This document shows positions 1-13,627 of a stretch of DNA of 64,000 bases, in pieces (position 1 is the first letter of the stretch; each line of letters starts with the position of its first letter). The translations under genes were made by a program, and so were the position numbers. The notes beneath the pieces were generated by a model. The model worked only from the letters and a program-made list of their open reading frames with translations, was not told the DNA's origin and did no database searches. This DNA is from Eledone cirrhosa (lineage: Eukaryota), in contig OZ024742.1 of assembly GCA_964016885.1 (NCBI GenBank), forward strand, positions 99,014,001 through 99,078,000, given 5' to 3'.

Positions 1-344
1 GGCCAGCGAGATAGAACTTAGGAGGCCAAGGCTAAACAGAAAAAATGAATGGAATAGCAACCACACCCAAACAAACAACACTGATCTAAGCGAAGTATAA
101 ATAGATAGATAGATAAATAATTATAAATAGATAAATACATACGCAAGCGCAATAACAGCAAACACATATAAACACACACTAGTAAATTAGATAGAATACA
201 TTAACCAATACACAGTCACCCAAACAAGAACATCCATCAAACGAAACACTATACGAAAACGCATGCGCAGAGAAGACGAAAAAATAAACAAATAAATAAA
301 TAAATAAACTGACTAAATAAAGATGGCGTAAACATACAGTGAAA

Positions 345-655
345 CGGGAGGAAACATAATAGCAACACTGACGATGTTGCAGATGTGCAACGAAAGAACT
401 TTGAAAGACTATATATATGTGTTTGTATTTTGTATCTGTATTTTTGACTGTTGGTCAGTCAATGGCAACATTGAGGAACGAATAAATTAAATTAACCGAT
501 ATAAAAGACACATAAGCGAAAACGAACCAAACAGTGAGTGAGTTCTGTTACTAATTCTGGCAATATTCCACAAATATGACCTTCCCCAAGTATAACAATA
601 TTTGTTTCGACACACGATTTCATATCAAAAAGCTCGCAAAACTAATTCATCGCCG
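345..655. mobile_element. ~300 bp repeat with two convergent hammerhead-like cores; reverse-complement copy at ~60213-60506, fragment at ~5853-6002
   Basis: Plus strand 368-395 CTGACGA-t-GTTGCA-gatg-TGCAAC-GAAA; minus strand ~590-650 ends gtgtgtc-GAAA-caaatattgtta. The whole block aligns by eye, inverted, to 60213-60506. Confidence 0.6.
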
Positions 656-656
656 T

Positions 657-1000
<344 letters not shown>

Positions 1001-1034
1001 ATGTATATGAATATATATATATGTATATATATAT

Positions 1035-2164
1035 AATAACTAGAAATTGATTAACATATAGATAAACATGAAAAATCACAGGAGATAATTTTTACAAGTG
1101 TGTAACCACACATACCTAAGTAACTAGATAAAGTTGAGCAGAACTTCAAAAATAGATATGATTAATCTTTCCTGTATATATTCCATTAAAGAAATATATT
1201 TCACCAATTAATCGGATGATAAACCACGGAAGTGGAGACTTGGATTTTCAACAAGGAAGAAGTTCCAGCGAACCGTATTTACACTTCAAGTTCAAATCAG
1301 TGACTGGCCAGCACCACTTGTTGCATTTACTAGAAATACACACATCATACTAGCTTCGTCCCAGTGGCGTGAATAGGGTTATGGACAACTAGAAACAGCA
1401 GTCGAGTCCTTTCAACAGAGTTAGCCCTACAATTAAGGAGCCGTATTTATATATCTATATCCAAAATTGAGATAAATCAAATGAATTTAATCTAAATCAA
1501 AGTTATGGGTGTCATGCCAGAAAGACATGCGCCATATCACCCGCAAAATAAACTCTAAGATTCTAACGAGTAGGTCCGAGCATTTTATAATAACTAGAAA
1601 TTGATTAACATATAAATAAACATGAATAATCACAGGACATAATTTTTACAAATGTGTAACCACACATAGCTAGGTAGGTAACTAAATAAAGTTGAGCAGA
1701 ACTTCAAAAATAGATACCTTATAATATGATTAATATTCCCTGTATATATTTCATTAAAGAAATATATTTCACCAATTAATCGGATGGTAAACCACGTCTG
1801 AAAATCCTAGTCTCCACTTCCGTGGTTTACCATCCGATTAATTGGTGAAATATATTTCTTTAATGAAATATATACAGGGAAGATTAATCATATTATAAGG
1901 TATCTATTTTTGAAGTTCTGCTCAACTTTATTTAGTTACCTACCTAGCTATGTGTGGTTACACATTTGTAAAAATTATCTCCTGTGATTATTCATGTTTA
2001 TTTATATGTTAATCAATTTCTAGTTATTATAAAATGCTCGGACCTACTCGTTAGAATCTTAGAGCTTATTTTGCGGGTGATATGGCGCATGTCTTTCTGG
2101 CATGACACCCATAATTTTGATTTAGATTAAATTCATTTGACTTATCTTGATTTTGGATATAGAT
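1035..2164. mobile_element. Family B non-coding element: 554 bp partial tandem plus inverted arm (Penelope-like architecture)
   Basis: taactagaaattg at 1037 and 1591; ~1815-2164 is the reverse complement of ~1451-1796; degenerate core CTGAAAA...GAAATATATTTC at ~1798-1858; (TA)n on both sides. Confidence 0.75.
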
Positions 2165-2174
2165 GTATATACAT

Positions 2175-2326
<152 letters not shown>

Positions 2327-2344
2327 GTATATATATGTATATAC

Positions 2345-2376
<32 letters not shown>

Positions 2377-2377
2377 A

Positions 2378-3133
2378 TATGCCATACGGTATATACATAT
2401 ACATACATATATACATGTGCATACAGGTACACATACATATATGCACGTATCAGTTTAGCGGCGCTAACGTCGCTTTGTTCGTTTGTAAACAAACTGAACA
2501 GCCTGAATTTATGCCATACGGTGTTAAGGCAACCACGTCACCTTTTTGTTCAACACTGACACAGGAACGATGTACTAGTTTCAAGCTTGTTAGCTATCAT
2601 CAGCACCGTTTACCCATCTGCCAGATAGTTGAACGTTCGAAAGTATATACTTTCCTTATGAAAATTAACGGCTGAGCAGCCTAATTTGCATATTGAGTGA
2701 GTTAAATCGGTCAGGCATACCGAAAACGATAAGTTGAAACAAAATGAAAACGAAATTTCATTTCTCACTCTTAGTATGGCACTTACTTAAATGTAAGTAT
2801 GCATGTATACGTACATACATATATGTATACAGACGTACAGTAGCATGCACATATATATATATATACATACATATATACATACATATATACATGTGCATAC
2901 AGGTACACATACATATATGCACGTATCAGTTTAGCGGCGCTAACGTCGCTTTGTTCGTTTGTAAACAAACTGAACAGCCTGAATTTATGCCATACGGTGT
3001 TAAGGCAACCACGTCACCTTTTTGTTCAACACTGACACAGGAACGATGTACTAGTTTCAAGCTTGTTAGCTATCATCAGCACCGTTTACCCATCTGCCAG
3101 ATAGTTGAACGTTTGAAAGTATATACTTTCCTT
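2378..3133 (-). mobile_element. Family C retrozyme-like element, 476 bp head-to-tail unit with two HHRs
   Basis: ~2400-2655 is repeated at ~2876-3133; each repeat carries an HHR on the minus strand. Confidence 0.8.
2568..2608 (-). ncRNA. Type I hammerhead ribozyme (minimal, palindromic stem III); identical copy at 3044-3084
   Basis: Minus strand: cggtg CTGATGA t-agct-aaca-agct-t GAAA ctag TA catcg; stem I cggtg/catcg, ACTAGT palindrome. Confidence 0.85.
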
Positions 3134-3142
3134 TCTTCTCAT

Positions 3143-3215
<73 letters not shown>

Positions 3216-3254
3216 CACATATATATATATATTTATATATATACATATGACTAG

Positions 3255-3308
3255 CTGCCTGATGAGGTCATAGCCATTCAATGGCTATCATCGAAATATA
3301 TATAGTAG
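3255..3308 (+). ncRNA. Type I hammerhead ribozyme (family A); inverted copy at 3861-3914
   Basis: ctgc CTGATGA ggtc-atagccat-tca-atggctat-catc GAAA tatata TA gtag (gcag in the minus-strand copy). Confidence 0.8.
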
Positions 3309-3358
3309 TAAATAAAGGATTATGAGTTCATACAATTGACTTATGTTTCGTCACTATA

Positions 3359-3459
<101 letters not shown>

Positions 3460-3477
3460 ATATATATATATATACGT

Positions 3478-3574
<97 letters not shown>

Positions 3575-3613
3575 TATATAAATATATATATATATAGGTA
3601 TATATATATATAC

Positions 3614-3693
<80 letters not shown>

Positions 3694-3711
3694 ACGTATA
3701 TATATATATAT

Positions 3712-3818
<107 letters not shown>

Positions 3819-3953
3819 CGAAACATAAGTCAATTGTATGAACTCATAATCCTTTATTTACTGCTATATATATTTCGATGATAGCCATTGAATGGCTATG
3901 ACCTCATCAGGCAGCTAGTCATATGTATATATATAAATATATATATATATGTG

Positions 3954-4022
<69 letters not shown>

Positions 4023-4026
<4 letters not shown>

Positions 4027-4676
4027 ATGAGAAGAAAGAACACTACCTGGTTTCACATGGGTTACATATGATAAAAATAGTCCTTCATCAGTGATTTTCC
4101 AACCTTCATTGGTATTTCATCGCTTTAAAAATCATATACCTCCAGTTGATGCGAGCAATAGCTAAATAAAGCTATTGGGACAAGTAAATCGCGTAAAGCG
4201 AGCGAGACAAGTAAACAAACATAGAAGGATAGCAACGCAAAGATAGGAAAAAACAAGCACATGAGTGTCCGATCAGCTTTAGCTGTGTGGATTTCATGGG
4301 CGAGAGACTACACACCGTCCGACGCGAGTGAGGTTTGAGCAGGAAACGATCTCACTACAGGCCAAACTGGAGGAAGTGAGAAGGGGAGAAGCAGAGAGTG
4401 AGTGAGTGGAAGTGCGAGGAAGAGGCCAGTCGAGAGAAAGTGTAACTGACAGAAGGGGCGAAAGAACTTGAGAGAAACAGAGAGAGCGGGGAAGCAGTAA
4501 GAGAGAAACAGACTAATGCAGCTGGGGAAAATATATATAAAAAACATGAGAAGAAAGAATACTGCGTGGTTGCACATGGGTTACATATGATAAAAATAGT
4601 CCTTCATCAGTGATTTTCCAACCTTCATTGGTATTTCATCGCTTTAAAAATCATATACATTCAGAAGGTGCGAGCA

Positions 4677-4678
<2 letters not shown>
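4023..4678 (-). mobile_element. Family D element: ~137 bp direct terminal repeats (period 519 bp), each with an HHR-like core
   Basis: 4023-4160 repeats at 4542-4678. Minus strand 4041-4094: CTGATGA...GAAA ccagg TA gtg (stem I imperfect; second copy has GCAA). Confidence 0.7.
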
Positions 4679-4724
<46 letters not shown>

Positions 4725-4727
<3 letters not shown>

Positions 4728-5791
4728 AACAAGTAGGACCCCAACGGCTGTGCTCAAGCCGTTTCGACGGCTAATTCTGGATTAAACGAACATTTTTATC
4801 CTGGTAAATGAACGGCCGAACTTCTCAGGGGGTAATTCCATATATGGTAAATGTGATTGTCACAAGGATTGGTAAAAAGTTTGCTGTTGAGACACATGAT
4901 TCTATCATGGCATTTTTGGAAGGTAGGAGTAGCTGAACTTGCCAGTAGAAGAAAGAGGGATAGGGAGTGGAGGAAACCCAGTCAGTCGTTGAAAGTGACA
5001 AATACAGCAGATTCTAAAGATAGAAGGTCGAAAAAAGTATACTAGGGAATGGGATGGGGGAGGAAGTTGAAACAATAAGTAAATCTAAATGGAGTAAATA
5101 TATAGAAAAAATATAAAAAAAACAATTTCTGTTTAACAGTCCCCTTCCACAATCATCAAATCTCTCACTGTTACTGCTAAGCTATAGAGAAGTTTAATAG
5201 GTAGGACCGAATACTAAATACGAGATTGTAGTGAAATAATTGTATCAGTTAGTAGTAATCGGCCAAATCTATCAACGAGTAGGGGGCCAACATACTAAAA
5301 AAAAAAATAATAATAATAATAATACGAAATAATAATTCAGAATCCCGAAACTAATACGAAATATTAATTCAGAATCGCGAAACATGAATACTAATACGAT
5401 ATATATAAGTACTGCTACAATACATAAATTGTAATACAAACTACATAAATACCCATAAATAGATATAAAAAACTAATACAATATATATAAATACTGCTAC
5501 AATACATAAATTCTAATACAATCTACATAAATACTCGTACAATATATATGAAAAACTAATACGAAAAATTAATTCAGAATCCTCCAAAAAATAAATACTG
5601 ATATACGAGAATCTAAAGCAGAAATAGCACTAAGAAATCTAGAAATCACGGAAATGGGGCAGCAATCAGAGAAGAAAGCAAGTATCTGGGGTCTAACACA
5701 TCTGCTATAAAAAGCGGAATCGGCCAATTCTATCATAAAATAAGTATTGAGTACTTTGGTGCGTCATGGTCCATCTGGTTCCTTACCACAT
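4725..5791. mobile_element. Family E non-coding element (long copy) with HHR-like motif at 4739-4832 (-); short fold-back copies at 36617-36808 and 45121-45317
   Basis: Minus strand: cccc CTGAGAA ...~60 nt... gccgtc GAAA cggct-tgagcac-agccg TT gggg. The other copies have GTC at the cleavage triplet. All three share the ends gttccTA and cttcgtTA. Confidence 0.75.
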
Positions 5792-5814
5792 TTCCTTCGT
5801 TATCTATATATATG

Positions 5815-5859
<45 letters not shown>

Positions 5860-5997
5860 ATATTTGGGGAGGGTCATATTTGCGTAATATTGCCAGAATT
5901 AATAACAGAACACACTCACTGTTTGGTTGGTTTTCGCTTCTCGCTGTCTTTTATATATATATATCTGCGATCTAACTTACTCGGTCCTCAATGTTGC

Positions 5998-6090
<93 letters not shown>

Positions 6091-6142
6091 GATATATATG
6101 TATATATATAGATATATATGTATATATGTATATTTTTATATG

Positions 6143-6221
<79 letters not shown>

Positions 6222-6226
<5 letters not shown>

Positions 6227-6440
6227 AATAGTGAAGAATAACATGGTCGGCTCAACAAAAAGGTCGAGTGACGCCATTGCAGGTGATCAGCGGCCTTTAG
6301 ACACACCTGATCAATGAAACAGTGGTTATTACTGTAAATAAAACCCTTTTTGTACAGCCGACCATGTATATCTTCACTCTTTCACTATTAATTCTCCAAG
6401 AATAACCTACATGGGAATTCTCGCAAACTCGCTACCTAAC
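6222..6440. mobile_element. Family F fold-back element with 3' half of an HHR
   Basis: 6222-6260 is inverted relative to ~6346-6387; GAAA cagtgg-tta-ttactg TA at ~6316-6336 followed by aataaa; (TA)n on both sides. Confidence 0.6.
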
Positions 6441-6597
<157 letters not shown>

Positions 6598-6840
6598 GAA
6601 AGACGCAAATAAGAAAGTTATGAAAATTGACTTACTTACTAAAATTTCATTCCAACTAATTAGTTTATGTAAGGGGATAAATATGGTTACGGAGCGCTTC
6701 CATAGAGAAGCCTTACGTTATCAGGGAGTCTATTCTCAGCTAAGCTTCCAGGCAATGCGGGGACAGTGGGAACTTATATAAAAATAATTCAGTGGATGGA
6801 AAAAAGCGAACGGGGACTAGATTCCAAGACATTGAAAAAT

Positions 6841-6901
<61 letters not shown>

Positions 6902-6938
6902 ATATACGTAAGTATGTATACGTACATACATATATATA

Positions 6939-7198
6939 CAGCGTTCCTTTGTCAATGTTGAACAAATGAGCAACGATGGTTGCTAGACACTGTACGGGAT
7001 GTTTGTTTACAAACACACCGAACATCATAATAAATGTTCGGTGAATCCATACGTACATGTATATATGTGTGCATGTATATATATATATACATACTACTGT
7101 ACGTCTGTATACATATATGTATGTGCGTATACATACCTACATCTAAGTAACAGCCGTACTAAGAGTGAGAAATGAAATTTCGTTTCATTTTTTCCGTT

Positions 7199-7200
<2 letters not shown>
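6939..7200 (+). mobile_element. Diverged family C copy
   Basis: cagcgttcctttgtcaatgttgaacaaa and tactaagagtgagaaatgaaatttcgttt match the reverse complement of ~2480-2572 and ~2740-2790. Confidence 0.65.
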
Positions 7201-7230
<30 letters not shown>

Positions 7231-8339
7231 GACACACACACTCACACACATACGGGTGCAGAGGTTGCGAATGCTATCATCAATGCTATATTCCAATATA
7301 CAATATTCAATTGGAACTCCGCTACATTTGTATGGTTGATGGATAACCACTGGGTTTATCCGCCCTTAGTGGCATATATTTGTCATTGTCCTGTCAGGTT
7401 TCCCACTCATCTTGTTTTCTCTGCCTGTTCTGAGTATAAATTCATCCCTTCTTCACACCAGTTTTGGAAGCCATTCAAGAAGTATATGGAATGCTTTCTT
7501 TCCTCCTTGGCAAAACTAATGCTTCTCAATATTTGTTGTCCAACATTCCACTTCGAATTTAAAAAAAACACCTGTGTTCCTATGATCGGAAAGATTTAGC
7601 ACATAGCATAATACATACACCTCATTATGATGTCGCCCATCTCATATTAAGAAACATTCGTTCAAGACTTAAAAATATAATAGTAGTTAAACCTGGGCAT
7701 GCAACTGGTTATCATCATATTTGAACCAACAACACTTTACTACAAATAACGCATTATCTACATAGACATCAGAACGCCATCAAAAGTTTAACAGAACGAT
7801 TTTGTGTTCTTTTTTTTTTGTGTTAATATTTTTCATTTCACTTTCCTAAAAAAATACTTTATGAACCTTCGCGTTAACAAACTATTTCCAGGACCACTCG
7901 GTAGTAATATTACACTTGGTCTTTTTCTGTGTTTTGTCTTCTAGACCCTCCTCCTGTTTGCTAAAGAAAGGAAGGATATTTATCAACTACATTCTCCGCA
8001 CAACAATATCCAATTAGACTCTATTGGAATTTTCAAAAATTTATGTTTTCATTTAGACTTTTTATCATATCACTCTGTAATCAAATGCTTCATTTCTATT
8101 ATTAGAAACAAAAACTTTTACAATCATTAATATTATAGTTATGTGTGTGTTTGCTTTGTTACTATAACAATTTGTCATTATTGTTGTTGTTTTTTTATTA
8201 TTATTGTTGATATTGTTGTTGCTGTATCATATTTTTGTGAACTTCCTCTCCAGTTTAATCAATAGAATCCTCACATGCATTGTATTGCGTTGTGTTCCTT
8301 GCTCCCATGTGACCGAAAAAAGAAATTGCTGTTAATATT

Positions 8340-9945
8340 ATAACCATTCAACATCAAGCGATTGTTCCACCAAGGTAGTCCCCTCTCGTCCCAGTTGTAT
8401 GCATTGACTCTAGAGCCATTACTGCACAAACTAGAGACGTTCATGGGGCATCCCGCGCACACTGGGATGCGGAAGATCCATGTCGGCTTATGCCAACGAC
8501 GTCATCGTAGTTGTGTCGAGCGCTAAACACTTCGAGGCTATCGGTACTATACTAAGAGAATACGAGGCGGTGACAGGACCAATGATTAACCAGGAAAATT
8601 CGATGGAACTGCGGCACGGCAGCTGGAGAGGCAGGTCATTATCCTCCTATAGCGTCGTCGTCCGCTGGATGGACCTACCAGTTAAATTGCTAGGGGTTAC
8701 GTTTGGTCCGGACTACCATACGGACAAAACATGGGACGAGGTTACGGGCAGGCTGGCTTCCCTTCCCGAGAAATGGGCCAAGAGAAAGCTGTCCCTGAAA
8801 AGTCGATGAAGGTGGCGAAGACGTACATCGCATCCGTCATCTACTGCCACCTGACTGTCATGCCTTCTGCTAAGCCTCGTCTGACTGCACTGGAGTGTTT
8901 GCTGTTTCGCCTTTTGTGGAAGGGACGCACTCCAATGGTCAGACAGTCCATATGCTGTCAACACCTGCTGCATGGAGTAGTGGACATGCCATGGCTGATG
9001 ATGCGAAGACATGCGCTGAGGCTACATCTCCACATTTCCTTCAATGGTGAATAGTTTTGGTCGCTTTTCACTAGGCACAATTTTTCCCCAGCTCATTTCC
9101 TTGAGTCAAGCGAAGACTGAGAGAGAGCGCTTAAAAAGAGGAATATCTTCAAGCGCTCACTGCCCTATTACACTGCATTTCGATCGGTGGAAACTCTGCC
9201 TTGATATGCTGTAGTGGGTTAATGGAGGGTTAGTTTTACGACGTCATTGGGGAAACTCTGTGTGACAATGAAAGCCAACAGGATATTCTTTACGGGAGGG
9301 GTTACAGGCCTTGGCCCAATAATAACATCCTAAAATCCCTGGCATAGCAGTGCAACAGGGGAACGTTGCTTTTTAATGATAAACTTTAATGGCATGGAAT
9401 TTCCGTCAGCCGGGCCTGTCTGAGAAGCACGTAGGGTGACGCGACAGTCCTGTACGCACCCGTCCAGTAGCCAATGAGAAAGTGGTCGAATGGTGGACTC
9501 GTCTGAAAGGGGTGAAGACTGGAACTTTCCTTTTCGGTGACGCTCTCACTCTCTTTTTTCAGATTTCACATGAAAAGGAAAATCGGTGTGGAGAGCTAAA
9601 TGCTGCCTTCCAATCAGTTTGTTGAATGTAGGATGAGAGAGGCAAGAATGGCCCGTGTGAATGGGCCCGCTCTGAGCGTGTGCTTGTAGTATTGTAGGAG
9701 GACAGCTACGAAAGGGCGCTTTCCATGGCGGTCAGAGTTACCGTGGCTTTTGAAGGCGTTCTCTACGAACGAGTAACACTCGGTGCTCTGACCACTATTT
9801 GGGATGTTTCTTTTGTTTCCATTTTATTGGTTACATCCTTTGTTTTTGTGTACTTTTGATTTTTTTACAGGCAGAAACACAGATTTGTAACGCTCTGTGC
9901 TGTACTTAATGTATTTCTTTGCAAACATTTTTGTGGTTAATAAAG
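8340..9945 (+). pseudogene. Decayed L1/Tx1-clade LINE, RT C-terminal part and 3' end
   Basis: QGSPLSSQLYALTLEPLL at ~8371, SAYANDV (decayed YADD), KLLGVTFG, W..RKLSL; frameshifts; aataaa near 9939. Confidence 0.8.
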
Positions 9946-10112
9946 AAAACATTATTATTTTATTATTGTTCTTTGAGTCTCAGTCATTGATGTTATTTAA
10001 CTGGAAAGTTTGTTGAAATAAATATCAAGCCGCTACCTGCAGCCTCAGAGATTCAGGACGTATCGGAGGGTTCTTGCTGTTCCCAACAAGCATGCCCTTT
10101 GAATTTATTATT

Positions 10113-10300
10113 GGCGGTGGATTGGCAGTATCGGTAGAGGGTCGGACGCCATGCTTTCCAGCATAGTTACGTCCCTTTACGATCTGAGTTCAAATCCCGC
10201 CGAGGTTGACTCTGCCTTTCATCCTTACAGGGTCGATAAAATAAAGTACCAGTAGTGCACTGGGTAATTGCTGGCCTCGTGCCTAAAGTAGAAACAATTA
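10113..10300 (+). mobile_element. tRNA-derived SINE (octopus-type)
   Basis: A-box-like tggcagtatcggtag, B-box gagttcaaatccc, body gcctttcatcc...gataaaataaagtacc; four more copies at 57345-58350. Confidence 0.85.
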
Positions 10301-10420
10301 TTACTGTTGTTGTTGTTGTTGGTAGTGGTGGTGGCGGTTGTGGTGGTGGTGGTGGTGGTGGTGTTGGTGGTAGTGGTGGGGGTGGTAGTAGTGGTGGTGG
10401 TGGTAGTAGTAGTAGTAGTT

Positions 10421-10453
<33 letters not shown>

Positions 10454-10630
10454 TAGATATATCCTTATTGTGTATTTTGGCTGGATAATGGACACTTTAA
10501 TTTATATATTTTCTAATATGTGCGTTAACAATACGCAAAATATTACGTCCATGTCAGGATACAACGATACGTTTTAGGTTTTATAAGCCACTCCGTTACC
10601 CATGTCTATGTGATTGCTTGGATAGTATAC

Positions 10631-10676
10631 ACGCCTACGGATGAGAACGTAGCTAGGTTCGAAAATCGATTAAAGC
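10631..10676 (+). ncRNA. Degenerate hammerhead ribozyme
   Basis: CGGATGA gaac-gtagctag-gttc GAAA atcgat TA aagc; AATCGATT palindrome; one core mismatch and weak stem I. Confidence 0.6.
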
Positions 10677-11046
10677 TATTTATCATTTTCTCAATTTATT
10701 GGCAAATATTTTCCTGTGTCGTGTTGCACGTCTATACATTAAATATGTGTAATTCTATACACGCATCTATGCAATTTTGGTTAGCACAATATTGCATATA
10801 TACAGATATAACATTATCGTATGTCTAGGTTTCTTACTGCACAACTAAATTTATCTACACACATACCCTTTTAATATATAAGTGTGTGCGCGAGTGTGTG
10901 TGTGTGTGAGTGTGTGTGTGTGTGTATAAATGTATATTTGCACCCACACGCATATTTATATAGAGATAGAGGGGGAGATATACACAAATACATACACATA
11001 TAAACATGCAAGTATATATGGTTACTTACAAGCATATATGTCTATA

Positions 11047-11101
<55 letters not shown>

Positions 11102-11350
11102 ATATATATATAATTATACTTATTTTTTAGTGTGTCTATCTATTAGTGCGTGTCTCTCTTAAAATGTAATTGAAATTTACTATCAAGTTCATCTTTGTCG
11201 TAGTATATTCATGAAGTTCTGAAATTCATTTCGCAGTATAATAATCTATATTTTCTGAAAACCATATATTATTTTCCATACCTATTAAATATCTACACAT
11301 GAACACACAAACACACAGACACACACTAACACAGAGGAACACACACACAC

Positions 11351-11420
<70 letters not shown>

Positions 11421-11848
11421 CTAAACGCGCACTATTTGCTATATTCCGTTTCATGTTTCCGATTTAAATCACCTACCAGCAATGTCGGCAACTGATCTAC
11501 GTGTGTTTGAAGTCACGAGACAATGTTTCCTCTGCATAAAACACCTGTACTATTTAGTAAAACACTTTCTTTGCTTCAGGGTAGAAGGCGAATTCTTAAT
11601 AAAACAACAATACATTTAGTGCTAATAATTTATATTTTAAAATAAACAATACCTGTTAAAAAAGAATTTGCTATGCTGTGTATGGTATAGGTGAAGATGG
11701 AAAACAGTCAACACTAAAATTTCGATGGAAGAAACATGAAGACCTATGAGGTCATTATCTTATTTTTATGTGCTTTCAAGAATCTAATTGAGTAGTGTGT
11801 ATATTACCAAATTACCCGTCGGCGTTTAGGTGGTATATTTAAATATTC

Positions 11849-11909
<61 letters not shown>

Positions 11910-12185
11910 GATAGATAGATGGATATAAACAGTATAGTGTATGTATGTATGTATGTTTATGTGTTTGTATGAATATTTGACAATAACTGAAACGTCGACG
12001 TTATTGTCAAAGTCAGCATTCACTGTGTTTCTACATTCTAACAACTAAATTTGTGAGTTCATTCGGTGAACGTTTGAATGTTTTAAATACCACGTTATTC
12101 TCAACACATGGGCTAGCTTCCGAAACTGTTATTTTTCCCAATTCCATCCCGACCGTCCCCTCATTCTATCTTATTTCTCATTCTT

Positions 12186-12221
12186 TCTTCTGATGAAGGA
12201 CTAGCGTCCGAAACGTTAAGA
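12186..12221 (+). ncRNA. Minimal type I hammerhead ribozyme in family G pLTR-like repeat (~12130-12310); second copy at 14882-14917 (-)
   Basis: tctt CTGATGA a-ggac-tagc-gtcc GAAA cg TT aaga; flanking sequence repeats inverted at ~14795-14960; fragment at ~53165-53200. Confidence 0.8.
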
Positions 12222-12360
12222 CCCTCTTCCTGCTATATCAAGCGTTAACCTAATATATCCCTTCCATAGACTGTACCGTTTGTGTTGTTATTTTTGTTTA
12301 CCTTTTACATATATATATATATATATATCTATATATATATAGTGTGTTAATATAGAAGAG

Positions 12361-12407
12361 CTTCTACAGGACTAGAACTGTTTCATTCGTGAAAAATCAT
12401 CAGGAAG
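12361..12407 (-). ncRNA. Type I hammerhead ribozyme with full stem III
   Basis: Minus strand: cttc CTGATGA tttttcacgaat GAAA cag-ttctagtc-ctg TA gaag; stem II is weak. Confidence 0.7.
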
Positions 12408-12609
12408 TTGGCTGTCCAAGTAAGTGCTATTATTTGTGTCTTTCCTTATCTGGTGGAACGAGAGGGTGGTTATTAGGATGGGTGTAGGTCATTGGTTTAA
12501 GGAATTAAAGAAAGCGGATTCATTAAAAGCTAATTCTTTAAAGTTATAATATTAACAAGGGCAGAAAGAATACTGTAAACAAGTTCAAAATTGGAATACC
12601 AATCCTTGT

Positions 12610-13470
12610 TTATCACTTAAAACCTAATCTATGTTTTGACCTGCTCAGGTTGTCAAGAGCACTACTTAGGAGAGACAAAAAACAGCCTCCGACAACGTAT
12701 GACCGCCCATAAATCACAAATCACAATACAGGAATACAGAAAGATTGCGTTTAGTGAACATATCGCCAATTGTGCACCCAACCAACATCTCCAAACTTTA
12801 AAATTTTCCCCATTTACAAATTCATAGACAACGCTACTTTCATCCATCGTACAAATAATGAAACGTATTTCATTAACAAATTCCAACCTCTACTTAATGC
12901 ACTAAACTTCGGACTAAACTAAAACTGGAACAAACAATCAAACATTTACAAATACCTATGTCTCTCTAAAGAGTTACAGCCCTCACACCCTACCTAATCC
13001 TTTTTCTTAAATAAATTAAATATCATATAGCATGAATTACCTCCCCCTGCATATTAACTCTCTAAAAAGGGAAATCATATCAAACCCCAGTCCACCATTT
13101 GCCTCCTTCATGAATCAACTAAGCACTCTTGCTATATTAACACATTTTGATCTGCTTATCTTCAAGAACTATGCCTGTAAATAACATTATTTTTTCTTTC
13201 ACATTGCGTTATTATGCTCCACATTACGTCCCTTTTTTTCTTTTTTCTTTTCACTTCATAAACCTTGTATGTAAATAACATTATTCTTTCTGCACCATTT
13301 CTTTAACATGTCCAACACCACCATTCTACACCAATACATATTATTATCATTTGATAATGCATAAAAATGCTGAAACCGGTAACAGACAATTATTAAATAT
13401 ATAAATAAATAACTAAATGCCATTGTTAATTAATTAATAAATCAACTAATACCTTAACACTTCACACAAA
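12610..13470 (+). pseudogene. Penelope-like element 3' remnant: GIY-YIG endonuclease plus 3' region with degenerate HHR (13351-13385)
   Basis: NLIYVLTCSGCQEHYLGETKNSLRQRMTAHK; downstream TTGATAA t-gcat-aaaa-atgc-t GAAA ccgg TA. Confidence 0.8.
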
Positions 13471-13627
13471 CTAAAATATTTCGTTTTAATGATTTTCTAA
13501 CCCAGAAAAAAAGAGAGAAATAAATAAAAAGGGAAAAAAATTATTTACTTCCTAATAATCATCTTTTCTCCATATATACAAATCCTAACGTGTGTGCTTC
13601 CTCTCCACATTTTATATATATATATAT

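Noticed and set aside
10113-10210. tRNA gene
   Set aside because: A/B boxes belong to a multi-copy SINE head; no cloverleaf.
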